From assembly GCA_963668695.2 (NCBI GenBank), contig CAXXLQ010000004.1, forward strand, positions 96,001 through 160,000: 64,000 nucleotides of DNA, read 5' to 3'. Source of the stretch: Vicinamibacteria bacterium. GTDB taxonomy: Bacteria; Acidobacteriota; Vicinamibacteria; Marinacidobacterales; Marinacidobacteraceae. Below, piece after piece: positions 29,513 to 39,338 of the stretch (the stretch's first letter is position 1; every line of letters begins with the position of its first letter). The translations under genes were made by a program, and so were the position numbers. The notes beneath the pieces are model-generated. The model worked only from the letters and a program-made list of their open reading frames with translations. It ran no database searches and was not told where the DNA came from.

Positions 29513-30700
29513 TCACCCGAGGTCGAGCGCTGCCGGCGAACACAGCGTCCAGCGTTCCCGGATGCGAACCGGTTGCTCTGGCGCGGTGAGGGAAACGACC
29601 TGTCCGGGCTGCCAGTTCGGGTCGGAGATCCGGTCGAGCGGGGCCAGGCGGTCGTGGCGGGGCGAGCCCAGCTTGACCTCGACCGGCCAGACTCTGCCGG
29701 CGTGCTCGATCAGGAAGTCAATTTCCTGGCCGTCGCGGGTGCGCCAGAAATAGATGTCCACCTCGTGCGCCCGATGGCGAAACTGCCGGAGGATTTCCGA
29801 AAACACCTGGGTCTCGAACAGGGCGCCGGCCATCGGCCCGAGACGCGCCTGCTCTGTGCTCCTCCAACCGCCGAGCCAGGCGGCGAGACCGGCATCCAGG
29901 AAGTAGAGCTTCGGATTCTTGGTCATCCGGCGCGTCCGGTTCGTGAAGTACGGAAAGAGCAATCGGATGAGAAAACTGTCTTCCAGCAGGCTGAGCCATT
30001 CCCGAACCGTTGTCGGGGACACGCCAGCGTCCCGCCCCAAATCGTGGTAGTTCACGACCTGGCCGGTGCGGAGCGCGGCGAGCCGCACGAACGTTTCAAA
30101 CTCCCGGCGTTTGCCGATTCTCAGCAGTTCGCGAACATCCCGCTCGATATAGGTCTGCACGTAGGAGGCAAGATAGAGATCGCGGGTGGCCCCATCCCCG
30201 GTTCCGGACAACCGCGGGAAGCCGGTCTCGAGCATTCTGCCGAAGTAGTCGCCGGGTGACAGCAGGTGGGGCAACCTCTTTTCCTCATCCGAGAGCCCGA
30301 GCAGGTTCAGGATCGCGACCCGGCCGGCCAGGGTCTCGGTCACGCCTTCCATCACCCGGAAGTTCTGTGAGCCGCTTAACCGGATGGCGCCGGGTTCGAG
30401 GCCACCCTCGTCCACCATCCGCTTGATGGGGCTGAGCAGCTTCGGCGCATACTGGATTTCATCAATTACGAACGGCGGTCTGAGGTCGCGCATGAACAGA
30501 ACCGGATCCCGATTGGCGCGCTCGCGGACGTCAAGGTCGTCCAGGTTGGCATAGGTGTGGCTTCCGGAGCACCGATGGAGCAGCGAACTCTTGCCGACCT
30601 GTCGCGGCCCGAGCAGCAACCACACCGGGAAGAGCCGCAGCTGCTCGGCCGGAGCGTCGAGTACCGGTTGAAGGGTCCGGTGGATCCAGTCGAGCGGCAT
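29513..30700 (-). CDS. AAA_14 ATPase with DUF4143 C-terminal domain
   Basis: GPRQVGKS Walker A, IDEIQ Walker B, ETLAGR, YIERD, KLYFLDAG, EIDF and VEVK motifs. Confidence 0.9.
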   Translation of the reverse strand: MPLDWIHRTLQPVLDAPAEQLRLFPVWLLLGPRQVGKSSLLHRCSGSHTYANLDDLDVRERANRDPVLFMRDLRPPFVIDEIQYAPKLLSPIKRMVDEGGLEPGAIRLSGSQNFRVMEGVTETLAGRVAILNLLGLSDEEKRLPHLLSPGDYFGRMLETGFPRLSGTGDGATRDLYLASYVQTYIERDVRELLRIGKRREFETFVRLAALRTGQVVNYHDLGRDAGVSPTTVREWLSLLEDSFLIRLLFPYFTNRTRRMTKNPKLYFLDAGLAAWLGGWRSTEQARLGPMAGALFETQVFSEILRQFRHRAHEVDIYFWRTRDGQEIDFLIEHAGRVWPVEVKLGSPRHDRLAPLDRISDPNWQPGQVVSLTAPEQPVRIRERWTLCSPAALDLG

Positions 30701-30831
30701 ATGTGCAGTTTACTTTGGATCTGCCGCTCACGAGGATCAAGAAGATCTCGCGCTTCCCGCCAGCGGCGAATGGCGGCCTGGAGGCCGGCGGTCCCTTGCC
30801 GGCGCGCCGTACCGGGGCCGGCGGTCCCTAG

Positions 30832-30966
30832 CAGCCGGTGGTGAAACCCAGGCGGCCCAGTTCTCCCGGTGGGGGCTCCTCCCTCACGCGCCTTGTCAGC
30901 CGGGCCCCCACCGGGAGAACTGGGCCTCGCCGCCCTCGGCGCTCACCCGGGTTCCGCCACCGGCTG
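30832..30966. mobile_element. Short MITE with perfect CTAG duplication at the DUF885 stop codon
   Basis: CTAG|CAGCCGGTGGTGAAACCC...GGGTTCCGCCACCGGCTG|CTAG. Confidence 0.85.
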
Positions 30967-32775
30967 CTAGCGCTCGGTCTCGATCCAGCGGCGGATGACG
31001 GTGTCCAGCACCGGGAGGGTGACCGGGCCGTTCAGCAGCACCGCGTCGTGGAAGGCGCGGATGTCGAAGGCGTCGCCAAGCTCGGCCTCGGCGAGGGCGC
31101 GCATCTCGCGGAGCTTGAGTTCCCCCATCTTGTAGCCGAGGGCCTGCCCCGGCCACGCGATGTAGCGGTCGGTCTCGGTGGTGATCTCGTGGATGGAGAG
31201 GGCGGTGTTGGCGGCCAGGTAGTCGAGGGTCGCTTGCCTCGTCCAGCCGAGGGCGTGCATCCCGGTGTCCACCACCAACCGGCAGGCCCTCCACATCTCG
31301 TAGGTGAGCCTGCCGAAGTTGTTGTAAGGGTCCTCGTAGAAGCCGACCTCGAGTCCGAGCCGCTCCGAATAGAGCCCCCAACCTTCGCTGTAGGCGCCGA
31401 TCCCGAAGTAGCGGCGGAACTCGGGCAGGTCGAGTTCCTTGGCCAGGGAGATCTGGAGGTGGTGGCCGGGGACCGCCTCGTGGAGCGAGAGCGACTCCAG
31501 GGTGTAGAGCGGCCGGCTGTCGAGCTGGTAGGTGTTGACCCAGTAACGTCCGGGCTGGGTTGAAGTGAGCGCCGCCCCGACGTAGCGGCCGCCGGTGTAC
31601 TTCGGGGCGATGGCGTCCGGGACCGGCTCGACGGTGTAGGGCTGGCGCGGGAGGCGCCGGAAGAGCCGCGGCAGCGCTCCGTCCATGCGCTTCACGATCC
31701 ACATCGCCTCCCGCAGCAACTCTTCGGGGGTGTCCACGTAGAAGCGGGGATCGGTGCGCAGGAACTCGAGGAACTCGGCGAAGGTCCCCTCGAACCCGGT
31801 GGCGCGCATCGCCTCTTCCATTTCGGCCCGGATGCGCTCCACCTCGGCGAGGCCGATTTGGTGGACCTCCTCGGCGGTCTGGTCGAGGGTGGTGAAGCGG
31901 CCGATCAGGAACGCGTAGTACTCGCGCCCGTTCGGCAGCTCGGAGGCGCCGATGCTCGTTCGGGCGGCGGGCCGGTATTCGTCCTCGAAGAAGTCGAGAA
32001 ACGTCTGGTACGCGGCCGCCGCTCCGCTGAGGATCGCCTCCGCTCCCTCGGCTCGCAGCCGGCCCCGCTCGGCCTCCGGGATCCGCTCGGGGAGCGAAGC
32101 GAAGGGCGCGTAGAAGACGCTTTCCTCCGGGTCTTCGACCACGTGGCTCGCGATCGTGACCTCGTACCCCTCGAGGACCACCCGGGGCACGGTCATTCCG
32201 AGTTCCATGCCGCGCCGCATGAGGGCGATGTGCTCCTCGAAGTAGCGGGGAATGTCGCGGAGCAGCGCGATGTAGGCGTCGTAGTCGGCCGCCGTGCGCA
32301 GCGGAAGCGAGTTCGGGAGGCGCGCCATCCCGATGTGGAATCCGGAATCGGCGTTGATCGGGAGGAAGTGGCCGCCGAACTGCGCGTCACCGATCTGCTC
32401 GGCGAGCGCCGCCTCGAAGATGTCCCGATGGACCTGGTCGTCGTCCGAAAGCCGCTCGCGGGGGATTTCGAGCAGCCGGTCCCGGAAACCGCGCGCCGCC
32501 GCCGCGCGCCGCTCGCTGTCGGCCTCGGTCATGGAGCCGAGAGTCGTCGGGGAAACGCCGTCGAGCGAGGCCGCAAAACGGGGCTCCTCCTGGCGGCGGA
32601 ACTCCATGAAGTCGTCGAAGAGCGCGTGGAGTTCGGCATCACCCGACGCGGGAACCGGCTGGGCGGGCGCCGGCGCGGGAACCGGCTGGGCGGGCGCCAG
32701 CGCGGGAACAAGCCCCGCCACCCCGAGCCAGAGGCCGATCCGGAGCGCGCGGGCGCAGAAGAGCGTGGAAATCAT
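30967..32775 (-). CDS. DUF885 family exported protein (zincin-like)
   Basis: HEAVPGHHLQ, YSEGWGLYSE, WRACRLVVDTGMH and WPGQALGY motifs; signal peptide. Confidence 0.9.
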   Translation of the reverse strand: MISTLFCARALRIGLWLGVAGLVPALAPAQPVPAPAPAQPVPASGDAELHALFDDFMEFRRQEEPRFAASLDGVSPTTLGSMTEADSERRAAAARGFRDRLLEIPRERLSDDDQVHRDIFEAALAEQIGDAQFGGHFLPINADSGFHIGMARLPNSLPLRTAADYDAYIALLRDIPRYFEEHIALMRRGMELGMTVPRVVLEGYEVTIASHVVEDPEESVFYAPFASLPERIPEAERGRLRAEGAEAILSGAAAAYQTFLDFFEDEYRPAARTSIGASELPNGREYYAFLIGRFTTLDQTAEEVHQIGLAEVERIRAEMEEAMRATGFEGTFAEFLEFLRTDPRFYVDTPEELLREAMWIVKRMDGALPRLFRRLPRQPYTVEPVPDAIAPKYTGGRYVGAALTSTQPGRYWVNTYQLDSRPLYTLESLSLHEAVPGHHLQISLAKELDLPEFRRYFGIGAYSEGWGLYSERLGLEVGFYEDPYNNFGRLTYEMWRACRLVVDTGMHALGWTRQATLDYLAANTALSIHEITTETDRYIAWPGQALGYKMGELKLREMRALAEAELGDAFDIRAFHDAVLLNGPVTLPVLDTVIRRWIETER

Positions 32776-32892
32776 GAAGCCGATGCTACCGAACCGCCTT
32801 CCGCCCGCCCGAGCAACGTTCCGGACCGGTGGAGCGCCCGGGACCTCCCGCGCGGCGAGCCGGGTAGACTCGAACCTCGATCGAGGTGCACC

Positions 32893-34587
32893 ATGAATGT
32901 GTCAAGAGGGAACGAACACGCACGCAGAAAATTCCTCGCCTACTTCTCGGGCGCCGGACTGACCACGACGCTCTTCCCCGGCGTGCTTTGGGCGCGTCTC
33001 CAGGAGAGCGGCGCGGAGAGCTTGAACATCGGCATGATGAAGGAGACCGCGGCTCTCGCCGGGCTTGAGTTCACCGACGAGGAATACGAGCTGATGGTGG
33101 ACGAGGTCAAGAAGAACTTCGACCACTACCACGAGATGCGGCAAACGCACCTCGACAACTCGGTACCTCCTCCCCTCTATTTCAACCCCGCCGTTCCCGG
33201 GATGAGGTTCGAGCGCACCGAACGGGCGTTGCGCCTGAGTGAAGTGCGCGGGGTGTCGCGTCCCGCCAATCTGGAGGATGTCGCGTTCTGGCCGGTGACC
33301 CGGTTGGCCCGCCTGATCGAGACGCGCGAGGTCAGCGCGCTCGAGCTGACCGACATGTATCTCTCGAGGCTCGAGCGGTTGAATCCGGTCCTCAACTGCG
33401 TCGTGACCCTCACCACGGACCGGGCGCGCGAACAAGCGCGGCAGGCGGATGAAGAAATCGCCGCCGGACGCTACCGGGGCCCGCTCCACGGCATCCCCTG
33501 GGGCGCCAAGGACATCATCGCGGTGCGCGGATACCGCACGACCTGGGGCGCCGCCCCCTTCGAGAATCAGGTCCTCGACGTGGACGCCGCCGTCGTCCAG
33601 CGTCTGGATGCGGCGGGCGCCGTGCTCGTCGCCAAGCTCACGACCGGCGAGCTGGCGTTCGGCGACCAGTGGTTCGGCGGGCGCACGAACAACCCGTGGA
33701 AGCCGGAGGAAGGTTCCAGCGGGTCGTCCGCCGGCTCGGGCTCGGCGGCCGGCGGCGGCCTCGTGGGGTTCGCGATCGGAACCGACACGGGCGGATCGAT
33801 CCTCTCGCCGGCGGTGCGGAACGGCGTCGTCGGCCTCCGCCCGACATTCGGGAGGGTCAGCCGCTACGGCGTGATGGCCGCCGGGTACACGCTGGACAAG
33901 ATCGGGCCCATGACGCGAATGGTCGAGGACAACGCTTTGGTCCTGCATGCCATTGCCGGGCCTGACGACCGCGACCTCGCCGTCGTCGCTGGCGTTCCGT
34001 TCAACTGGGACGGTACGGCTTCCGTGCGCGAACTGCGGTTCGGCTTTTTCGCGTCCGCGTTCGAAGAGGCGGATTCGCCGGAAGGCGAAGCGACTCTCGC
34101 CCACGCCCGCCGGAGTCTGGACACCCTCCGCTCGCTCGGCTATGACCTCAAACCCGTGGAGATACCGCGCAATCGACTCTCGTATTTCATCGAGTACGTC
34201 GAGCGGGCCGCCGGTTTCGACGAATTCGCGCGGACCCGGCAGGACACCGACCTGAAGCGGCAGCGGCATCGCGGCGAGCTGCGCGCGTCGCATCTCGTGC
34301 CCGCGGTCGAGTATTTGCAGGCCAACCGAATTCGCTACCTGTTCATGCAGGAGATGGCCAGCGTCATGGCGGAGCTCGACGTCGTCGTGTCCCCGTGGCG
34401 CGCGATCAATCCGCTCACGAGCATGACCGGCCACCCGGTCGTAACCGTGCCCAACGGTTTCGAAGAGGACGATACGCCGACCGGGATCTCCCTCATGGGA
34501 CGGATTTACGGAGAAGAGCGACTCCTGCTCGCCGCGAAAACGCTTCAGGACGCGACGGACTACCACCACCGCCACCCGAGTCTCTAG
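32893..34587 (+). CDS. Amidase signature family enzyme with Tat signal
   Basis: RRKFL Tat motif, GPLHGIPWGAKD, GSSGSSAGS and GTDTGGSI (Ser-cisSer-Lys triad region). Confidence 0.9.
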   Translation: MNVSRGNEHARRKFLAYFSGAGLTTTLFPGVLWARLQESGAESLNIGMMKETAALAGLEFTDEEYELMVDEVKKNFDHYHEMRQTHLDNSVPPPLYFNPAVPGMRFERTERALRLSEVRGVSRPANLEDVAFWPVTRLARLIETREVSALELTDMYLSRLERLNPVLNCVVTLTTDRAREQARQADEEIAAGRYRGPLHGIPWGAKDIIAVRGYRTTWGAAPFENQVLDVDAAVVQRLDAAGAVLVAKLTTGELAFGDQWFGGRTNNPWKPEEGSSGSSAGSGSAAGGGLVGFAIGTDTGGSILSPAVRNGVVGLRPTFGRVSRYGVMAAGYTLDKIGPMTRMVEDNALVLHAIAGPDDRDLAVVAGVPFNWDGTASVRELRFGFFASAFEEADSPEGEATLAHARRSLDTLRSLGYDLKPVEIPRNRLSYFIEYVERAAGFDEFARTRQDTDLKRQRHRGELRASHLVPAVEYLQANRIRYLFMQEMASVMAELDVVVSPWRAINPLTSMTGHPVVTVPNGFEEDDTPTGISLMGRIYGEERLLLAAKTLQDATDYHHRHPSL

Positions 34588-34605
34588 AGCCTCGGGCCCC
34601 GCGGT

Positions 34606-35790
34606 CTAGTTCGGCAGCTTCAGTTCCGCTGCCTCGCCCACGATCTCGAGCTCGGTTCCGAACTCCCTCGACTGCTCCACGATCAGTTCGAGCAGCTCCG
34701 TCGCGTCCGCCCCCGTGGCGAGGCGCGGCGCGCCGTGCGGATAGAACACGCGGTCAATGGTCGCTTCGTACGAAACCATCGGGGTCAGCGTCAACGACCT
34801 CAGACGGTCTTCCTCGAACGTGACGCTCGCCATGACCGTTCGCCAGGCGTCCACATCGGGTGCGTAGTAGATCGGGCGCCGCACCTGGAAGATCCAGTTC
34901 GACAGGCCGTACAGGATGGGCTTCCCCTTGTAAATCTCGATGCCGCGATTCACGGGAGTCCCGTGCGACAGATAGAGGTCAGCCCCGGCGTCGATCAGTT
35001 CGTGCGTGAGCTGGCGTCGCCAGGCGGCAACCGTCTCCCGCTGGGGCTGGTTGTTATGGCAGTGGTGGTACACCATGACGATCTGCGCGTGTCGTGCCGC
35101 CTCGCGGACGGAGGCCAGGAGGCGCTGCCGGTCGGCCTCGTCCACCTGCTGCGTCCGCTCGTCGAAGCCCACGAAGAACGCACCCGGCGTGTCTTCGGTC
35201 GCGTCACCTCCCTCGTAGATCAACGACGTCATCGAAACTAGCGCCACCAGACCGGCGGGGGTCTGCAGGTAGCCCGGAGCGCTCGCCTCCTCGACATTGG
35301 CTCCCGTCCCCGAGTAGGCGAATCCACCGCGGCGAGCACTCGTGATCGTCTGGAACACTCCGTCCGCGCCGAGGTCGTAGGAATGGTTGTTCGCGAGGCT
35401 GAGCAGGTTGACGTTGATCGCGCGCAGGCTCTCCATCGCACCACTCGTCGCGCGGTGCACGAGTCCGAAACGCTTGGGCCGCGCCGTGCCGTCCACCATG
35501 TCGGTCCTGTCCATCACCGCTTCGAAATTGGTGAACACGACGTCGTAGTCGGCGAGCACCTCGGCCATCTGTGTGGCGCTCTCTGGAGATTCCCGTCGCA
35601 GGTCGTAGCGGATGATCGACTGGCCGAACAGTGCCATGCGCAGCAGCCGCGCCTCCGCCGCGGGCGACTGGGGCTCCGTCTGGCCGGCCCCCGACGGAGC
35701 CGCCAGCCCGATCACAGCCAGCCCGATCACAGCCAGCCCGGCGAACAAACACGTGATCCGATGCACGACAGTCCTCCGTTCGTTCGTCAT
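34606..35790 (-). CDS. CapA/PGA_cap-like metallophosphoesterase-fold exported protein
   Basis: FTNFE, SLANNH, YSGTG, SHG and YGLSN motifs; ATG 35790 forms ATGA with the GGT stop. Confidence 0.85.
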   Translation of the reverse strand: MTNERRTVVHRITCLFAGLAVIGLAVIGLAAPSGAGQTEPQSPAAEARLLRMALFGQSIIRYDLRRESPESATQMAEVLADYDVVFTNFEAVMDRTDMVDGTARPKRFGLVHRATSGAMESLRAINVNLLSLANNHSYDLGADGVFQTITSARRGGFAYSGTGANVEEASAPGYLQTPAGLVALVSMTSLIYEGGDATEDTPGAFFVGFDERTQQVDEADRQRLLASVREAARHAQIVMVYHHCHNNQPQRETVAAWRRQLTHELIDAGADLYLSHGTPVNRGIEIYKGKPILYGLSNWIFQVRRPIYYAPDVDAWRTVMASVTFEEDRLRSLTLTPMVSYEATIDRVFYPHGAPRLATGADATELLELIVEQSREFGTELEIVGEAAELKLPN

Positions 35791-37853
35791 TCCGCGCGGT
35801 AGCTGCATTTCAGGTCGCGGCGCACCCGGCCGCCGCGGTACTGGATCTCGAGAAGTCCCTCACGTTCCTCGCCGGGCGCGAAGGTCTCCGCAGCCGGGTT
35901 CGCATTGACGAGGAGGGTGACGAGGTTGACGTCGTCGATCTCGTCTTCTCCGCGTCGCATGCCGGCAGCGGTGTAGGCGGTGTTCCCCAGGCGCCCGGTA
36001 CCCGGCCAGTGCTCCTGGGGGCCACTCTGGTGCTCGAGGTCGGCCGCGTCTCTCGTGACCACAACCTGCGTGCCCGGGCGCGTGGGAAACTCGGCATCCG
36101 ATATCACGAGCTGCGCCGGCGCCACGGGCCGGTCGGTGGCATAGCGGAGCGAAACGAGATAGCTGCCACCCCGCGCGTACTCGGGGACCCGCCCTTCGAA
36201 TTCCGAGCACTCCCAACCGGACGCGGGGGCCCTGCTTCCCTCGAAGGGTGCACCGCCGGCACTCGTCGAACCCGGACCCCTGGCGCTCCCTCGCCCGCGA
36301 GGGTCAGCGGCGCCGATCCACTCGCCACTCGCTGCGTCGAAGGCGACGGCATGAACACGCGCTGCCGGCTCGGTGACGATCTCGGTCTCGAAGCCAAGCT
36401 GCGCCAACTCCTCCGCGACGCCGGCTGCGCCATCGAACTCAAACCCGTCTCCCCGGGGGTGCACGCGCGGCGCCGCGACGGCATCGGGGAGGCTCAATCC
36501 CTGGGCGAGCACGCGACCCACGACGTTCACGATCGCACTGGGAATCCTTCTCCCCCCCGCGGCCCCGACAACGATCCGGGGGCGACCGTTCTCGAGCACC
36601 AGCAGCGGCGATTGGTTGAGCGAGGCTCTCTCACCGGGCTCGATGGGTCCCTTGTAGCCGCCGAGGGTTGCGGCGTAGAGGAAACCCAGGCCAGGCGTCG
36701 CGACCCCGGATCCGAAACTCGGTCCGAGGGATTGGGTCATGGCGACCACCATGCCGTTCCTGTCGGCGGTTGACAGGTGCGTGGTGTGGGCGTCGCCGTC
36801 TTCTCCCCACGTCGTCCCGGTGGCGGCCGGCCGAGTCCGCACCCGGGCAGCCCTCTCGACCGCGTGCTCGTGCGAGACCATCCGCTGCTCCTTCGTGATC
36901 TGGGGTCCGGGCAGTGTCTCTCTGTCTTCGAATGCCAGCGCGATCGCCTGACCGACGACCGCCGCCCACTCGGCGGGGCCGGCCCGCGGGAGATCGAACT
37001 GGTCCATGATCTGCAGAGCCTCGATCACCATGTAGCCCGACGGCGGCCGGCCGCTACCGACCAGCTCGTAGCCGCGGTAGTGGCCGCGTACGATTCGCAT
37101 GGGCTGCGCCTCGTACTTCGCGAGGTCCTCCTCTCGCACGTACCCACCGTTCGCGGAAATGTCTCGCGCCATCTGCCGGGCGATCTCCCCCCGGTAGAAA
37201 GCTTCCGGGCCTTTCTCCGCAATGACCCTCAAGGTACGCGCCAGATCGCGCTGGACGAGTCGCTCCCCGACCCGGTAGGGAGAGCCGTCAGGCTTGAGGA
37301 AGTAGCTTCTCGAACCCTCAAACTCGCTGAGGTGATCCGTGACCGTGCCGAAGCGAAGGGGAAAGCCCCGCTCGGCGAGCGCGATCGCTGGTGCGAGAAC
37401 ATCCGGAAGTGACAGTGTTCCGAACTCCCGCAGGAGTTGGGCGTAGGCGGCGACGGTTCCCGGCACGCCGATCGTGCCGTAACCGTATTTCGCCTCTGGA
37501 GCCTTCGAGGGATCGTAGCCCTCGGGCGCCTGGACCATTCCGTCGATGCCGTGCACGGAGCCGTCCGGAGTCCGCACCAGGGCCACGGCCCGCCCACCGA
37601 GGCCCGTCATCGCCGGGTGAACGACGGCCAGCACGAATCCAGCCGCGACCGCGGCGTCCACCGCGCTGCCTCCTCGCGCCAGCATCTGGACACCGGCGTC
37701 GGTGGCGCGAGGGTCCGCGGTGGCGACCATGCCGTCTCGCGAACGCGCGACCTGTTGCGGCTCTTCTTGCGGCTCTTCCGGGAGCGCACCCGATACCCGG
37801 CTCTGCGAGGCCGCGCACACGACGAGGAGTGCCGCGACGACTCTAGAAGCCAC
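35787..37853 (-). CDS. ggt: Gamma-glutamyltransferase family protein with C-terminal extension
   Basis: GGSAVDAAVAA, VPGTV, FYRGEIA, HTTHLS (Thr nucleophile), GAAGGRRI, PRVH and GAADPR motifs; AGGAGG RBS. Confidence 0.88.
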   Translation of the reverse strand: MASRVVAALLVVCAASQSRVSGALPEEPQEEPQQVARSRDGMVATADPRATDAGVQMLARGGSAVDAAVAAGFVLAVVHPAMTGLGGRAVALVRTPDGSVHGIDGMVQAPEGYDPSKAPEAKYGYGTIGVPGTVAAYAQLLREFGTLSLPDVLAPAIALAERGFPLRFGTVTDHLSEFEGSRSYFLKPDGSPYRVGERLVQRDLARTLRVIAEKGPEAFYRGEIARQMARDISANGGYVREEDLAKYEAQPMRIVRGHYRGYELVGSGRPPSGYMVIEALQIMDQFDLPRAGPAEWAAVVGQAIALAFEDRETLPGPQITKEQRMVSHEHAVERAARVRTRPAATGTTWGEDGDAHTTHLSTADRNGMVVAMTQSLGPSFGSGVATPGLGFLYAATLGGYKGPIEPGERASLNQSPLLVLENGRPRIVVGAAGGRRIPSAIVNVVGRVLAQGLSLPDAVAAPRVHPRGDGFEFDGAAGVAEELAQLGFETEIVTEPAARVHAVAFDAASGEWIGAADPRGRGSARGPGSTSAGGAPFEGSRAPASGWECSEFEGRVPEYARGGSYLVSLRYATDRPVAPAQLVISDAEFPTRPGTQVVVTRDAADLEHQSGPQEHWPGTGRLGNTAYTAAGMRRGEDEIDDVNLVTLLVNANPAAETFAPGEEREGLLEIQYRGGRVRRDLKCSYRAE

Positions 37854-37954
37854 CAGGGTAAGACCTCCTTGCTCTGAACTCGCGGAGCAGACGCTCAGCG
37901 GCCTCGATTGTAAGTGTCAGAGCGCGGTACCCTCTCGCGGAGCCGGCGGCCTAG

Positions 37955-38151
37955 CAGCCTGTGGATGAAGTGGCGTGAGTGCCGAGGCGGGCGAGGCGCC
38001 CGGCTGACAAGGCGCGCGAGAGAGGAATACCGAGTGTATTTCGACCGCAGCGCAACGATGAGGGCCGCGAAGCGGCACGTTTCAGCCGGGATGCATCGCC
38101 CGCCGAGCCCCCACCGGGAGAACTGGGCCGCGTGACTTTGTCCACAGGCTG
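37955..38151. mobile_element. MITE with perfect CTAG duplication at a CapA-like gene stop
   Basis: CTAG|CAGCCTGTGGATGAAG...CTTTGTCCACAGGCTG|CTAG. Confidence 0.9.
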
Positions 38152-39252
38152 CTAGGGCACCGTTTCGAGTTCGACGAAGGCCCGGCCGTCACGAAGCGAG
38201 AGCGTGGTTCCCAGTGCCGACGAGAGTTCGGTGAGACGCTTCAGGATCCGTGCGCTGCGTTCCGGTCGCGCCACCTCGGGGTAGCCTCGCTTCTCGAAGA
38301 AGAACTCTCCGGGCACACCGTGGTCGAGGGCGATCGGCGTCAATGAAATCGACCGCACGCCGCTCTTCGCGAGCGTCATCTCAACGATGACGCTCTCCCA
38401 GACGTCGTCGGGATAGTGATCCAGCTCCGTCCTGCTGTGGAAGATGAAGTTACCGAGCCCATAGAACATCGGCCGGCCGCGATACAGCTCGACGCCACTG
38501 AGCGTGGGCTGACCGTGGCTCACGTACAGGCTCGCCCCCGCGTCCACTGCCGCGCGCGCCCATCGGCGCTGCCAGCCCCCCGGGTCGTCGACTTGGAAGT
38601 GCTGATAGGCGATCACCACGTCGGCATTCCTCGCGGCCTCCTGAATCGCAGCGATGTTGCGATCCCAGCCAGCCTGATCGTCGAGCCCGAGCAGATTCAC
38701 GCCAGGTCGCACCTCGGTCGCCGCGGCCTCGGGGGGGTTGTTCACGGTGGCCATCGCGACCAGCGCGAACTTCAGCCCACTCACCTCGCGGTACGCTGGA
38801 GCCGTGGCTTCTCGCAGATTCGCTCCGGTGCCCGCGTGGGTGAACCCCCGGTGCGTCACCTCCAAGATGGTCGATACGATCCCGGTCGCCCCGTAGTCCC
38901 ACGAGTGATTGTTCGCCAGCGACAGCATGTCGACTTTGATTTCACGCAGGTAATCCAGGACAGCCGGGCCGGCGCCGTGGAAGAAGGTCCCCTCTCGTGT
39001 CGGGGCGCATTCGCAACCCTCGCCGCGCACGGCCACTTCAAGGTTGGTGAAGACGAGGTCGGCCGAGGCGAGAATCGGCGTGACCGTTCGCAGCGGCGCC
39101 TCGAGGTACGGCCGTGGATCGTGCTCGATCAGCGCCTGCCCCAGCAAGACCACGTGGGTCGAATCGTCGTCGGATGACGCCTGGGGAGCCTCGCCCGAGC
39201 AGCCGGACAGCGCGGGAATCGAGAGCGCGAGAACGATGGATGTCGCCTTCAT
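38152..39252 (-). CDS. CapA/PGA_cap-like lipoprotein
   Basis: Lipobox LSGC; FTNLE, SLANNH, HAGTG, SHG and YGLGNF motifs. Confidence 0.87.
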   Translation of the reverse strand: MKATSIVLALSIPALSGCSGEAPQASSDDDSTHVVLLGQALIEHDPRPYLEAPLRTVTPILASADLVFTNLEVAVRGEGCECAPTREGTFFHGAGPAVLDYLREIKVDMLSLANNHSWDYGATGIVSTILEVTHRGFTHAGTGANLREATAPAYREVSGLKFALVAMATVNNPPEAAATEVRPGVNLLGLDDQAGWDRNIAAIQEAARNADVVIAYQHFQVDDPGGWQRRWARAAVDAGASLYVSHGQPTLSGVELYRGRPMFYGLGNFIFHSRTELDHYPDDVWESVIVEMTLAKSGVRSISLTPIALDHGVPGEFFFEKRGYPEVARPERSARILKRLTELSSALGTTLSLRDGRAFVELETVP

Positions 39253-39338
39253 GAATTGGCGCCCCTCGTTGGGTCTCTAATCAATGCGATCCGCTGACGC
39301 CAAAGGTTCGATGTCCGGCTCATGCTGAAGGCCTCGGT

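Noticed and set aside
31858-32892. N-terminal extension of the amidase (909-aa ORF)
   Set aside because: It is antisense to DUF885; the Tat signal and RBS support ATG 32893.
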